The notes under the pieces were generated by a model. The model had not been told where the DNA came from and ran no database searches. It saw only the letters and a program-made list of their open reading frames with translations. Position numbers and translations under genes: made by a program. Shown here piece by piece: positions 27,123-39,757 of a stretch of DNA of 64,000 nucleotides. Within the stretch, counting starts at the first letter, position 1; every line of letters begins with the position of its first letter. Source of the stretch: Ramazzottius varieornatus (lineage: Eukaryota; Animalia; Tardigrada); contig BDGG01000002.1 of assembly GCA_001949185.1 (NCBI GenBank), positions 6,624,448 through 6,688,447 of the forward strand, given 5' to 3'.

Positions 27123-29382
27123 ATGAATGCACATGTGCATGTCAACCCAGGAGCCGATCTCGGAGGAGATGGGTAAGTCTTGCTAATTAGCCGTTGTGCT
27201 CATGTTGCAGTTCGAAAGCTTGTCGGTGTTTCCCATATGCTGGTAGGATAAACGTCATAAATCTTTAACCTATATTGTCGACAGGTATGCCCATGCTCAT
27301 GCTGGAGGAAATGTGCGAGCTCCCGACGTACAGCACCACCATGCCCAAGAGAACGTCGTCATTAACCCCAAGATCGTCGACGTCCATGCCGGGAACATCG
27401 TCGTCGACACCATGAGCGGATCCGGTTGGTAAGTTATGGCGAAGGAGTCCGGTAATTCAGAGTGGTATTCTACAGTCTACTTGCGAAACTATCGTAGATT
27501 AGTTTGGCAGTGTTGTTGGGCATGAAGACTGCCTGAGCCGCGGAACAACTAATCGCTGTTTCCTTCCACAGGTTCAGCAGTGCTCTTCTGGACATCGAGT
27601 CGGAACGCAAGTATGTATCCCTCCTCCAGCCAACGTTCCGGTTTACCGTTTGTGTGGTTAGAAAAGCTTGTTGCAGTAAGCTTCATGCTGTCACGAGCTT
27701 GTTAATCTGGTTCCATAATATAGGCTGCTGGACTTCACTTACTACATGGTCATCGGCGCTGCTGTCGTTAGTGAGTATTCGATGGTTGTTCGCTATTTGG
27801 AAATGTAGTGTGTTGCGTCTCGAAGTTGACACAGGGTGTTTTTGGTAGTTTACGTCTTGCTGCATTTTCTGCCCAGCGCCTATGGTCGATACGCTTCTCG
27901 TGCATTCGGCATCCTCATCCCAGCTAGGATCGCTTGGTTTGTGCAAGATCTCCCCGCCGTCGTGATTCCTCTGTTGGTCTTTTTCAACATGGAACACACG
28001 CAATTGCATTTGGCCAACTACGTTGTAAGAATCTAGAAACAATTCCGGTATTCTCTGATCGGTCTCATATGGCAAACAGACCGAACGGCTGGGTGCGTAG
28101 TTTGTACCATCGTAGTGCCCTGTCATGTTGCTCACTTTGTTTTCTGGTCCGATTTAGCTCCTGGCCATGTTCTTGCTGAGCTACGCTCAACGTGCCTTTG
28201 TGTACCCACTCCTCATCAAAGGCGGAAAGCCTGTTCCGTCGGTGCCTTTCGTCGGCGCTCTGGTCTACAACACCATCAACGGGTACTTCCAAGCCCGCTA
28301 CCTGTAAGTGTTACATAAGCCTTAGACTGAAGTCTGCAGATATTCTTTCCTATGACGAAATAGAATGTGTAATGGTGCCGATGCAAAAAAATTGCGCAGA
28401 TCGTTTTGAACCGGCGCGCTGTCTGTGCCAGCCAGTTGCACCGAAACCGAACGCCAGTTGGGGAGATTGATCTTGTCACGTTTTTTTAGCGAGTTTTCCA
28501 AACAGTGAACTTTGATGTCAGTTCGTCAATCCTAAATAAAAGTTAAATCGGTTTTTGGTCTGTCTGGTAATCGGTTGTTTTGTAGGACCCGTTTCGCTTA
28601 CTACGGCCCACTGTGGCTGATCACCGTCAACTTTATTGCCGGTGCCATCATGTTCGCCTTGGGTTTGGGCATCAACTGGCAGTCCGATGCGATCCTTCGA
28701 TCATTGCGCTCCCCGCTGAGCCGCGCTCGGGGCGACATCCACACTTCGGACGTGGTGGACGACTCGGAGACTGTCGGCGAAGTCTTTGACAAGAGTGCCA
28801 AGAGAAACATGCAGAAGGCCGGGCCAGGAGGACCCATGCCGACTAGTTCGTCCGCTTCGCGCAGCACCGGAAACGATGAAAGGATCGGCTACAAAATTCC
28901 CCGAGGAGGCATGTTCGAGTTCGTTTCGTGCGCCAACTTCTTCGGAGAGATCGTTGAATGGTACGATGAGGTTTCACACGTAATAATAATCATCAGTCTG
29001 TTTTCTCTACTAACTTGTTTGATTTCAGGTGGGGATTCGCCTACTGCGCCTGGTCTCTTCCCGCGGTTGCCCATGCCATCTTCACCACAGCCAACTTGGT
29101 TCCCCGCGCCCTTCAGGTAAGGTTATTATTACCACACGCGAGCTCTGCAAACAATGCGATTGGAGCGCCTTTTGAAGTGGCGCACGCTGTCGTTAATATC
29201 GGCTGACAGCGTGCGCCACTTGGGAAAACGATTTGGCTGAGTTCGTTTTGCGGAGCTTCTGCACTGCCTTCGGACAGGTTCAGAATGTGTTCCCTGTTTT
29301 GTAGCACCATCAGGACTACCTGCTCAAGTTCAAAGACTCTTACCCAAAAAATCGTGCAGCTGTCATCCCCTACTTGCTGTAG
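27123..29382 (+). CDS. SRD5A-family reductase, divergent paralogue b (about 9 exons)
   Basis: SAYGRY, AWFVQDLPA, SYAQRAFVYP, NWQSDAILRSLR, YKIPRGGMFEFVSCANFFGEIVEW, NLVPRALQ|HH, YPKNRAAVIPYLL*. In-frame His-rich N-terminal exons start at 27123. Confidence 0.88.
28388..28480. repeat. Degenerate family A copy (SRD5A-b intron)
   Basis: AGATCGTTTTGAACCGGCGCG...CGCCAGTTGGGGAGATTGATCTTGTC. Confidence 0.5.
29139..29259. repeat. Family A copy (SRD5A-b last intron)
   Basis: GAGCTCTGCAAAC...AAGTGGCGCA-27-TGCGCCACTTGGGAAAACGA...GGAGCTT. Confidence 0.88.
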
Positions 29383-29867
29383 AGCAATACTCAAGGAAAA
29401 TTCATAGTCAGTATAAGCAACGTCTTAACTTTGTCTCAATCTCGACTGTCCCAAAACATGGTTTTATTTTTATCTCATTTGTATAAGTGTTAACAATGGT
29501 GACGGGTTTTATTAGTGTAACAGTTCGCTTTTCACCTTGCCCCAAATTCGCCTAGCTCGGTTAGTCTTTATTGTAAACCTCTTTCGTGTACCGTCTTTTC
29601 TCTGCCACTGTAATTTGCGGTTTCTTCCTGCGTGCCACATCAAAGCTGCGAATACACTGAAATTATCCAGTAATCTACCATCGCGTTCTGCAGACGATCG
29701 AGACGATAACGGTAGTTTTCACATCCGGGTAGGCGTAATGACGGACTTCGATCCTTACTGCTGCGAAACCATGGGTTTCGTCCGTATGCTAAAGAAAAAT
29801 GTTGCGCTTTAGTGGAAGTAGGAATCTTCCCTTCAGTTTTGAAATATCACCGGGTGTACGTAACAAG

Positions 29868-31229
29868 ATGCTTCTGCATTCGGATTTGTACGAGGAATGT
29901 CTGGACTATTTAGAAGGCCACTTCCCAAGATCACTTCCGGTAAGCCGCACCCAAATAACTTCGCGCGCTTATTTGTCGTCCGCACAAGCTCGAAAAAGTC
30001 TCGTACGATTTCCTATCCTGCACAATGTGCTCCTCTTTTGAACATTCCCAGACGCTTCGAGGCGTGAGGGAGGTTCGTAACAGAACTTTCGGTTTTGTTA
30101 CAGATTTATCATCTGATGTATGGAATAACTCATCAGCGATTAGCATGGCCATATGTGAATTTTGTAGTCGACCGGTGGCCGAACCCCGAGGTTGTGCTCT
30201 GTCGTCCGACCCAGGTGCACGCTCCGGAACCAGGAGAACTTGTAAGTATGAAAACGACACGCGGTCCCTGACTTTGCGTTGAGAAGCCTAAATCTGACCA
30301 GAAGTAAACTTCCCTCAGTTGACGTATGCATGGTTTGACAGGATACGTCTGTTCGCCAAATCTGCTACACGGTTTCACTGTGGTCGATAAATGCTGAAGA
30401 ACTGGAGAAAATTCTGAAAGACCCGACAGTACTCAACTGGGACAGAGAAATAATGTTTCATGGTACGGCTGCCTTACCATAACTGACTGTCTTGGGTTAA
30501 GACTTAAGACACTGTTTTGGAACTCTCTTGGAACTTTGTTCCCATTTAGGAGTAGCTTGTCCGAGTGATCGCGACGTTGTCGAGAAGGTCTGCAATCTGT
30601 CTGGAAGGCATTACTTGACGGAGAGCTCAGATTGCTGTGAGGTGTCGATGATGACTCCGAAGACCCTGAGGGAGATCCCACTGTACGCCATTCATAAAAA
30701 CTCTCTAAGAAAATATCTCTGGTTACAGAGAATGACGAATACGTTTGGTTCTATTGACAGCATTATTCCACCGGGATTTCGCGTAGGTTCGTTGAGGCCT
30801 TGCCATGCCGCACAAGTCAATGAAGAGTGGTCCTATGGCGGAAATGACAGTACCATGAAATATCTGGAAGTAGCTCTCGACATCTTCCCGTCTGCCGCAG
30901 TTTTTGATACCTCGGACAGACCAGTGTCCTACATGATATACGAACCGGAAGGCTGTATGGCCATGGGGTACACCAACCCGGCTTTCCGCAAAAGAGGATT
31001 CTTCTCTGTTGTGAACTACTTGCTTGCTCGACACCTCTTCCGCATTGGACTAAAGCAAGTCTACGTCCAAGTTATCCATACAAATCATGCCTCTAAGAAT
31101 GCTTACTTGAAGCTAGGCGCCGAAGTCGTTCCAGGATGGCGGCAACACTGGATTTTGTACCGACCCAGCCACATGTCTCAAGATTCGCCTGGAGCCGTCT
31201 GCTTACCAGACATGAGGTCTGATGAATAG
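29868..31229 (+). CDS. Glycine N-acyltransferase-like GNAT protein (4 exons)
   Basis: LEGHFPRSLP|IYH, VVDRWPNPEVVLCRP, LNWDREIMF, HAAQVNEEWSYGG, GYTNPAFRKRG (acetyl-CoA motif A), N.AS...YLKLG. Confidence 0.85.
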
Positions 31230-31976
31230 ATTTTTGAGAGTTTCGACTTTGTGGGCGAATTGCCCGGATTTGGTTCTGTTATGGTATATGATATCATGAT
31301 ATATGGTTAGTTATATATCGTAACATGAAGCTATGATTTCGGTGCAATAGTTGAAGTGTAGTGCTAAGTTAGCAATTGCTTACCGTTTACTCCCTGGACA
31401 TGTGTTTAGCTTTGGGTCCGTCGCGGCGCCATCGGCTCGCCCGGAAGCTTGTCCTCACCCAGGTGGCGCCGGGAAACCTGGTCAGACGGATTTGAGTTTC
31501 AACTTTAGAAATTTAAAGTTTGATAAGTGAGCCTTGAATGTTGAAGGAAAATATATGTGTCGACCTCGCTGTATGCGTCGACCCCGGCAACTCACCGAAC
31601 AGTGCTGCCACCTCATTATATACGGCTTATCCTTCCAGGTTTCATGGTTTAAACCCAATTTTCCGCAAAAACTTCGCGCTTTATTCCTTTGTTTTTTAAG
31701 GTAGTGAATTTGAAAACTTCTGATGTAAGACATAGAACTTGTTTTTTCGTGAGCTTGTGGTTAGATGTGGCCTTTGTTTGTTTTTCAAGTGAGAGCCCAC
31801 AGTTGTTGTCACTGATGACGTTCACAGCGTAGGTCATTCACTTTAAAAGTTTCCGTAAACGTGTGTTGTCATTCAGATAGATCGCTTTAAAATCACGATG
31901 ATCTCAAAGTCCAACAGCTGTTTCCAGCTACTTCTGCAGGAATGATAATCATCTTGACAGCCGGAACCGTTCTACA

Positions 31977-34900
31977 ATGATTCTAAGACGGACAGCGATA
32001 CTGCAACTTTCGACGACCATATCTTTCTGCCGGCGATTTTTCCGGGTGTCCATTCCAGTAAGTGATCGCTAACGTAGCCAGCTTAGATACCTGTATTGCT
32101 GTCCCCATCACCTGTTGCATTTGCAGTTCCAGCGCGCCAGAAGCATGAAGATTGCGATTATCGGGCAAAGCTTGTTCGGAGCGGATGTCTACAAGATCCT
32201 CAGGCAAAACGGACATGAGATAGTCGGAGTCTTCACTGTTCCTGACGATGCAAAGGGACGTCCCGATCCTCTCGGTAAGCCTTACTGCCATTAATATGTC
32301 ATGTTCTGTATCATAGACATTACGAAGACCGTAAGTAACAAGCCGGCAGTGAATTGCTTGCCACACTCACTTGATTTGCCAAGTCACTTCCGGTTCTTGA
32401 GTCTTGACTGTCCGTTGGTCATTCGCCACGGTTTGTAGTCTGTTACTACAGCTTTTTGCGTCGTAGCATCGGCGGCTCTGCAGGACGGGACGAAGGTCTT
32501 TAAACTAAAGAAATGGAGGGACAGGAATCAAGTTCTAAAAGAAGTCTACGATCAGTACAAGGAGCTCGGCGCCGAACTGAATGTCCTGCCTTTCTGCACG
32601 CAGTTCATTCCAATGGACATCATCCGACTACCAAAGTATCAGAGTATAATCTACCATCCCTCGCTTCTCCCACGCCACCGAGGAGCATCCTCCATCAACT
32701 GGTACGTACTAGTCCATTCAAAATCGTTTTCGAAATTTTGTTGAGAAGCACTCATCTGCAGGACCCTAATCCACGGAGACAAGAAGGCTGGTTTGTCCAT
32801 ATTCTGGGCGGATGACGGACTGGACACGGGACCTATTCTTCTCCAGAAAGAATGCGCGGTTCAGGAGAACGACACGGTAGACGTACTCTATAATCGGTTC
32901 CTGTTCCCCGAAGGTATCAAAGCCATTGTAAGTAAGCAACATTGACACTAAATGGGTACCTAGGAAGACTCTTTGCCTGATGTGAGTTCCTTTATCTAGG
33001 ATGAGGCTGTTAAGCTCATTGCTGACACTGAAGAACCACCGCGGATCGTTCAAGCAGAAGAGAATGCCACCTACGAGCCAATCCTCAAGAAGCACAACTG
33101 TCAAATCAACTTTGACCAACCAGCCGTCGCTATTCACAACTTCATTCGTGGTACCGACAAAGTTCCTGGAGCTTGGACGGTTCTCAATGGCGAGGTATTG
33201 CGGTTCACTTTCTTCCAAATACCTTTTCCCAAGCTGATTGCTGATGGAAATCTTGTTGCTCGAACTTCAGGAAGTGACCGTTTACGGCTCGGAAATATGG
33301 CGGAGAGACGTTCCCACTGGTCGAGAGGTCGAAGTGAAGGACAGCGGAAAGCCGGCCTTGGTGCATCAGTTGGGTTTGCTTCTCTACGGAAACGACGGTC
33401 AAACCGTAAGCAGTTTGCCGCTGGGTTTTCTCGAAGCGATTTTGATGTCTGTCCATGTTACAGGTGAATGTGAAGCAGTTGTTGCTGCAAGATGGCAAAA
33501 TGATCCCAGCTGCAAAGTTCGGATCGGTGGACAGAGAAGTGACACTGACGGAACTCTCACCGGAAGAACAAAAGATCAAGGCGTCGATCCAGGTTAGTCG
33601 CGATGGGTTCCTCCATATCGAAGCACTCGAATGTAAACCATGTGCCTAAGTTGTTTCATCCTCCAGGAAATATGGAAGTCTATTCTCAATCAAGATCTGA
33701 ACGAGGATACGGATTTCTTCAAAGCAGGCGCCGGATCGATGGACGTGGTACGGCTAGTCGAGGAACTGAAGGATACTGCGGGCATCGCCCTGCACAACGA
33801 TGACGTCTATATGAACCCAACGTTCATGAGCTTCGTTACGGCAGCCATCCTGAAATCTCGTGGAGAAGGCGACGCCACATTCCAGTTCAACCACGTACGT
33901 AACATTGTGAAGTCCGCATAAAGCTACCTGAACTAACACACTCGACTAATGACCTTAACAAGCGCAAGTTCACTTCACAGGTAAAAATCAAAGCAAACAA
34001 AATGGATCTAATTGTTCCTCACGAACTTTTCATCAACAACGAGGTAGGCGAAATACTTAAATGGGAGTTGTGCAAACAAAGTGGCACATGTTCTCAGTGT
34101 TATAAGCCGGAAGCGTGCGTCACTTGAAAAAATGATCTTGTCGAATTCGTTCGCCTGGGTCCCAAAATGGTGTCGTTTCTGTTGTATCTGGAATAATGGT
34201 TGGGAAGCTTGCTCTGTTGCCTGTTTTTCTCCAGTTTGTGCCGGCAAGATCCGGTGCGACCACGCCCGCCTTATGTCCAGCCGACGAGTCCGTTCTCTGC
34301 GAAGTATCCAGCGCACAGAAAGAAGACGTCGACATTGCTGTCCGGGCAGCCAAAGAAGCTTTCGAGAACGGTGACTGGAGCCGAATGAGCCATCGGGACC
34401 GTGGGACTTTGATGTTTAGATTAGCCGACCTGATGGAGCAGCACAAGGAAGAACTAGCGACCCTGGAGTCCCTCGACTCTGGAGCAGTCTACACATTGGC
34501 CATCAAGACGCACATTGGAATGTCCATCGAAACATGGCGGTACTTTGCCGGCTGGACGGACAAGGTCCACGGAAACACCATTCCCCTCAACCAAGCCAGA
34601 CCGAACAGGAACTTGTCGTTCACCAAGAAAGAACCCATCGGGTAAATATGACTTGCTTTATTCATCGACATAAATTTATTCCAACACAACATCAAACACG
34701 CGACTGCTCTTACAGGGTATGTGGGCTGATTACTCCATGGAACTGTGAGTGGATATCCCATCGTTCAGTGGCAAAGTCATTGTCTTCAGTAGTTTACTAT
34801 GTGTTTAAGACCCTCTGATGATGGTGAGCTGGAAAATGGCCGCCTGTTTAGCAGCGGGAAATACAGTCGTACTCAAGCCGGCCGAGGTATCAGTTAGACG

Positions 34901-36260
34901 ACCGCTTACTCGTCTTGCCATGAATAAACAATATGCAATGTCAAAAATACTTCCCTGCCGGTGATCACGTGACTTGATACATTCATCAATGACAGCGTGT
35001 GCCACATGATCACCGACAGGGGAGAATTTTTGGCATTGGAACACAGTGTATGTCTTTCGTAGGTTTCGTCGTTGACGGCGTTGAAATTGGCAGAGCTCTC
35101 GGTCCATGCCGGTTTCCCGCCCGGTGTCATCAACGTGCTGCCTGGTGCCGGCCGGGTCTGTGGTCAAGCCATCGTCGATCATCCCGATGTCCGTAAGATC
35201 GGCTTTACCGGGTCCACGGCAGTCGGACAGCAGATCATGCAGTCTTGTGCAACCAACACCCTCAAGAGAGTCTCTTTGGAGTTGGGAGGAAAGTCTCCAC
35301 TTGTCATTTTCTCAGACTGCGACTTGGACAAAGCTGTCAGAGTTGTAAGTACATCGACTGGATACGCTTTACCGAAAACGAGTAATCATCACTACTGTCG
35401 AAGGATTTTCTGGTTTCTTCAATAGGGTCTTCAAAGCGTTTACTTCAACAAAGGAGAAAACTGCATTTCTGCCGGCAGACTCTTCGTGGAGGAAGAGATT
35501 TACGACCAATACCTACGGCGAGTGGTCGACGAGGTGAAGAAGATGAAGATCGGCGACCCGCTGGATCGGTCCGTCAGCCATGGACCTCAGAATCATCGGT
35601 AAGGTCGAAAATCGAATCCTAATTCATAAGCTTGTATTCGGGGCGGATTTTTTACAGAGCTCATTTGGATAAGCTTCTCTGCTATGTGGAGCAAGGTGTG
35701 AAAGAAGGAGCTCGCCTACTCTATGGTGGGAAGCGCCTTGACAGGAAAGGGTACTTCATGGAGCCTACGGTTCTTGTGGACGTGGAAGACAACATGTTTG
35801 TGGCGGAGGAAGAATCATTTGGTCCCATCATGGTTGTTTCCAAATTCATAAATGGGTAAAGAATCTGACAGTGCGACATCAAAGCCCTTCCCTTTCGTAT
35901 TAATTTTTGATTTCGACAGGGATGTTGAGGGCGTGACCAAACGCGCGAATGCCACGCGGTACGGACTTGCTGCTGGTGTCTTCACCAAGGACATCAACAA
36001 AGCTTTGCGGATGGCTGACAACTTTCAAGCTGGTACCGTCTTCATCAACACCTACAACAAGACGGACGTCGCAGTGCCTTTCGGAGGTTTCAAGATGTCC
36101 GGCTTCGGGAAAGACTTGGGTAAGCTCCAGCTGATTCGATCCACTTAACTTATCGTCATACAAAGTGGAAAATGCAGTGTAATATTCGGCTTTCAAACTT
36201 TCAGGTGCCGACGCTATAAACGAATATCTGCAGACGAAAGCAGTCACCATCGAATACTAA
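31977..36260 (+). CDS. ALDH1L: 10-formyltetrahydrofolate dehydrogenase (formyltransferase, ACP and ALDH domains) with a predicted mitochondrial presequence
   Basis: [41 protein letters not shown] motif [59 protein letters not shown]; includes a 29-nt exon at 34716-34744. Confidence 0.96.
34062..34163. repeat. Family A copy (ALDH1L intron)
   Basis: AAGTGGCACA-27-TGCGTCACTTGAAAAAATGATCTTGTCGAATTCG. Confidence 0.8.
34936..35038. repeat. Fold-back with a family A-like core but different arms (ALDH1L intron)
   Basis: CAATGTCAAAAATACTTCCCTGCCGGTGATCA pairs with TGATCACCGACAGGGGAGAATTTTTGGCATTG; inner GACAGCGTGTGCCACATG. Confidence 0.75.
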
Positions 36261-36620
36261 ACGGTGAACAAATTTCCGGAATAGTTTCTCATTTGGTTTT
36301 ATTGCTCGGTTCGATTTTTATGTGTCCGCAATGTCACGATTCTATGTACATTTTTATCAAACGAATTACAGATCACAATCTGTTACGACAAACTTTAGAC
36401 TTTAGTATAATACCAACCAGAAAGAAAACACTACGTGAGGAAACCCGTTTGGATAAATCGAAAGAACTCCAGCATAAGTTAGTAGTAATACATCACGAAA
36501 AACATAAAACAGGAATGTCGCGCGATGTGATGTTAGTCAGAGGAAAAAGCACGGTGAATGCGGCAAAAAGAAGCAAGCAGGCGTTAGTGAGAGGCAAGCA
36601 AAAAAGCACAAAATAACAAG

Positions 36621-39600
36621 TTATCGACTTTGATGTCTCGGTTTATCGGAAGCGGAAGGAGAAGTCGCCAGCGACTCCGTTTGATAGTCAAGCGAAGAAG
36701 GAACGGAACCATCATCAAGAGCTGCTTCTAGTGCATCATTCAGATCATCGCTCTTGTCCTCCTCGAACTGTGTAGGGACGGTTTGGGTACTTTGGTCGGA
36801 GAGAGACTTGATGGAGGCTATACTCACGTCCCGGTTTTTCCTGCCGTGAGAAGACTGATGCTTTCTTCTTGAAGAAGATGGTAGGTTTAAGGGTGGCAGT
36901 GCCGGCTCGTTGAAGCTTGTATGTAGGTCCAAGGCTTCGACGGTGTCACTGCGGCCAGGAGGTCTACCTTTCATGGGGGAGTTTCTCATGTCCGTCAGTC
37001 GCCGTTCGCCAACCAAGTCACCATCAACCGATTGAGAAACTGTCAAAAAGAGAAACAGATCCATATCCATTCGTTTTCCCTTTGCATTTCACCGAAAGAA
37101 AACTATCTTTCTGTGAAGCGTCGCTCAGACGTAGATTTGGTATAAAATCGGAGCTCGGCAAACAACTCTACAGGATCACTCTTCCAAGTGGCGCATGTTC
37201 TTAATGTTTTTGGCTGAAGCGTGCGCCAGTTGGGAAAACATTTCTCTCGGATTTGCTTGCTGAGCTCTCCAATAAATTATTTCGTTAGTTTGATTTTTCA
37301 ATTATCTATAAATCTCTCTCAAGGCTTTGCGCTTCACACTTACCGCGGCCAGCGACTGGACTTTCAGGAACATCGACGATAACGTGTTCCCTCCTGACTT
37401 CCTCGAAAGCGTCGGTGAGGTGGAGGTTTCTGATGGCTAGGATGGCCCACTGTTGCACGTATGGGTTGCGGTAGTCGATCTTGGTGTTATCTTTCAACCG
37501 CTGCAGAAGCTTTCTTTCTGAAGCGCGTTGTATGAACTTGGAATTGTTGTAGACAAGGTTGGCCAGAAGACGTATCAGAAGACTTTTTATCCCGCGCGCC
37601 GAAGTCACCAGTTCTTGAGGTTTAACATCGGCCAACTTGTTGACCGGCGTGAAAAGATTCTCGCCTTCACGACTCAGACTATCGACTGCCACAAACGCAT
37701 CTGCAGAAATGAAATTGTTATCATCAACTTTCTACCGTTCAACCAACGGAGATTCATAGAATCAGTGCTACACAAATTTCCGTTCGTCACACCTATAACA
37801 CTGTCCAGAAGTTCGACGTCGTGATGGAAGAAAACTCTTAGAGAATTAGCCGCCGTAATGTTCCCGAGGAGATCGAGCGCTTTCAGTGAAAGTTCAGCTT
37901 CCTGCAAACAGACACACTTCTGACTTCCTACGGTTGTACATGTTTATGATCCGTATTTCATGAAAACCGGGAGCGTGGTAAGCAAACTCGATAAAATTGT
38001 TTACTAAGTGGCGCACGTTATTATTGCCGTTGGCTGAAGGCGTGCGCCGCTTGAAAAACGATTTTGTCCGGTTTGTTTTGTCGTCAGTCTTTTGTTGTAT
38101 CATAAGGAGATGTCTACTGCTTTTGATTCTACATTTTTCTGGTATCTACGAACCTGATCTACAACAGAACATGGATCTTTCAGCCTTAGCAAGGCGTTCC
38201 AGTGTAACTTGAACACCTCGGCCACTTTTTCCGCCCAGAAATGTGGAAGCAGCTGGTTAGTGCAGTCCTTCTGGTCGTTCAACGAGAAGGCAAAGCTGAG
38301 CATGTCGACGATGGCACATCTGTCGATTGAGGAAGCAGATTAAGACCAGGAACTACACTCCACTAATCAAGATTAAGAGACACTTCGGTACAGTACCTGG
38401 TAGCCAACGAGACCTGACCAAAGTCTCGTTCAGCGATGACGGGACAACGTAACAGTCGAGCGGCCAAGTCGAAAACTGCCTCAAAGGTCTCGATCAGATC
38501 GTCGCGGTTCGTCAGTTGCGCAACCCGCTCGAATATCCCTGCGGCATACCCACAGTTGGCCATGGGGAAGAGTCGTGCGTCGTCGTCTTTGAGGCAGTTG
38601 AGCAGAGCGGCGGAAACGTAGTTGAGCAACTTGTCCTCGTGCAACAGAATGCAGGACCTATCCAACACAAAGATGCAGCTAGAAAAGGCATACAGACTGA
38701 TATAAGAACCACAAAACAGTTCAGAAGCATGCTGGAAACGTAGGAAAGAAAAGACCTACCCGATGATTTCACAGAAGTCCGACCAGGCTTGGTTCTGCAC
38801 CTTCCGCGACCGACCGAAGCAGTTGGCCAGGGTCTGCATGCCGCAGGCTAGAGAATCCCGTATTGGAACTGAAACATCCAGAATGGATAAAAGTGATACG
38901 TATACACTTAAGTTTAACAATGCGGTTGCATGCTCGACAGTTGGAATCCAGACAAACGAACTCGACAAGAATCACAAGATTGACTCTCCAAGTGGCGCAC
39001 GCTTCTAGCCAATAACACTGAGACGTGCTCCACTTGGGAAAACAAAATTGCCAAGTTTGTCTACCGACCACAAGTTGGCAATCTGACTTGATTACGGGAT
39101 GACCAACAACAACGCAATCCTTCCGTTTGAAACACGGAGATATTTCGTTGCGAAAGTCATAGGACACAGTTCGTTTTCGGTACCTCGGATCCAGGGATGG
39201 GCAGCATTCGGATCGAGCAAAGGAATGATTCGTTCGACCACGTCCAAGCCTTTCTGTAGCAGTTTTATGGTCGTCGTGGTATATTCTTCAATGCCCCTGA
39301 AAGTAGATGAAGGAGATTGGTACAAGCCTGCTTGGAGTACTCTGGATAATCGGGATAGTGAGCACAAACTTTTCGTCCTCAGGGTCAGCAGTTCCAGCTA
39401 GCCAGCGGTAGCAGCGAAAGAGATCCGCCAGCGCAGTGAAGAATTCCTCGTCTGCTCCAGTAGCTGGCCGGATTTCTCCGCGGATCTTTGGCGTACATGT
39501 GCACCTTTCGTACAGAGCGCCTGCGGCATCCCGAATGGCAGGGATCATGCCAAGTATTCTAAAGAGAGAAGTAGATGAATACCTACTGGCAATTTGATAC

Positions 39601-39757
39601 AATACGAATCTAACCAATCAACCCGTTTACATCAATCAACTCGTCCCTACCTGTGCTTTTCTTTGGGAATGTTGACACGACGATATGACTTCTGCGTGAC
39701 CACAGGCTGAGATTTCTCCATATCGATGTCCGGCTTCACGGAGAGCAGGGGAACCAT
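36621..39757 (-). CDS. ATXN10: Ataxin-10-like armadillo-repeat protein with an extra disordered C-terminal exon
   Basis: GIKSLLIRLLANLVY...TKIDYRNPYVQQWAILAIRNL (Ataxin-10 domain) and GMQTLAN. The start codon and terminal exon are inferred from splice phase. Confidence 0.82.
37149..37268. repeat. Family A copy (ATXN10 last intron)
   Basis: GAGCTCGGCAAAC...CCAAGTGGCGCA-26-TGCGCCAGTTGGGAAAAC...TTGCTGAGCTC. Confidence 0.88.
37968..38085. repeat. Family A copy (ATXN10 intron)
   Basis: AAGTGGCGCA-27-TGCGCCGCTTGAAAAACGATTTTGTC. Confidence 0.85.
38945..39068. repeat. Family A copy (ATXN10 intron)
   Basis: CCAAGTGGCGCA-26-TGCTCCACTTGGGAAAAC. Confidence 0.85.
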
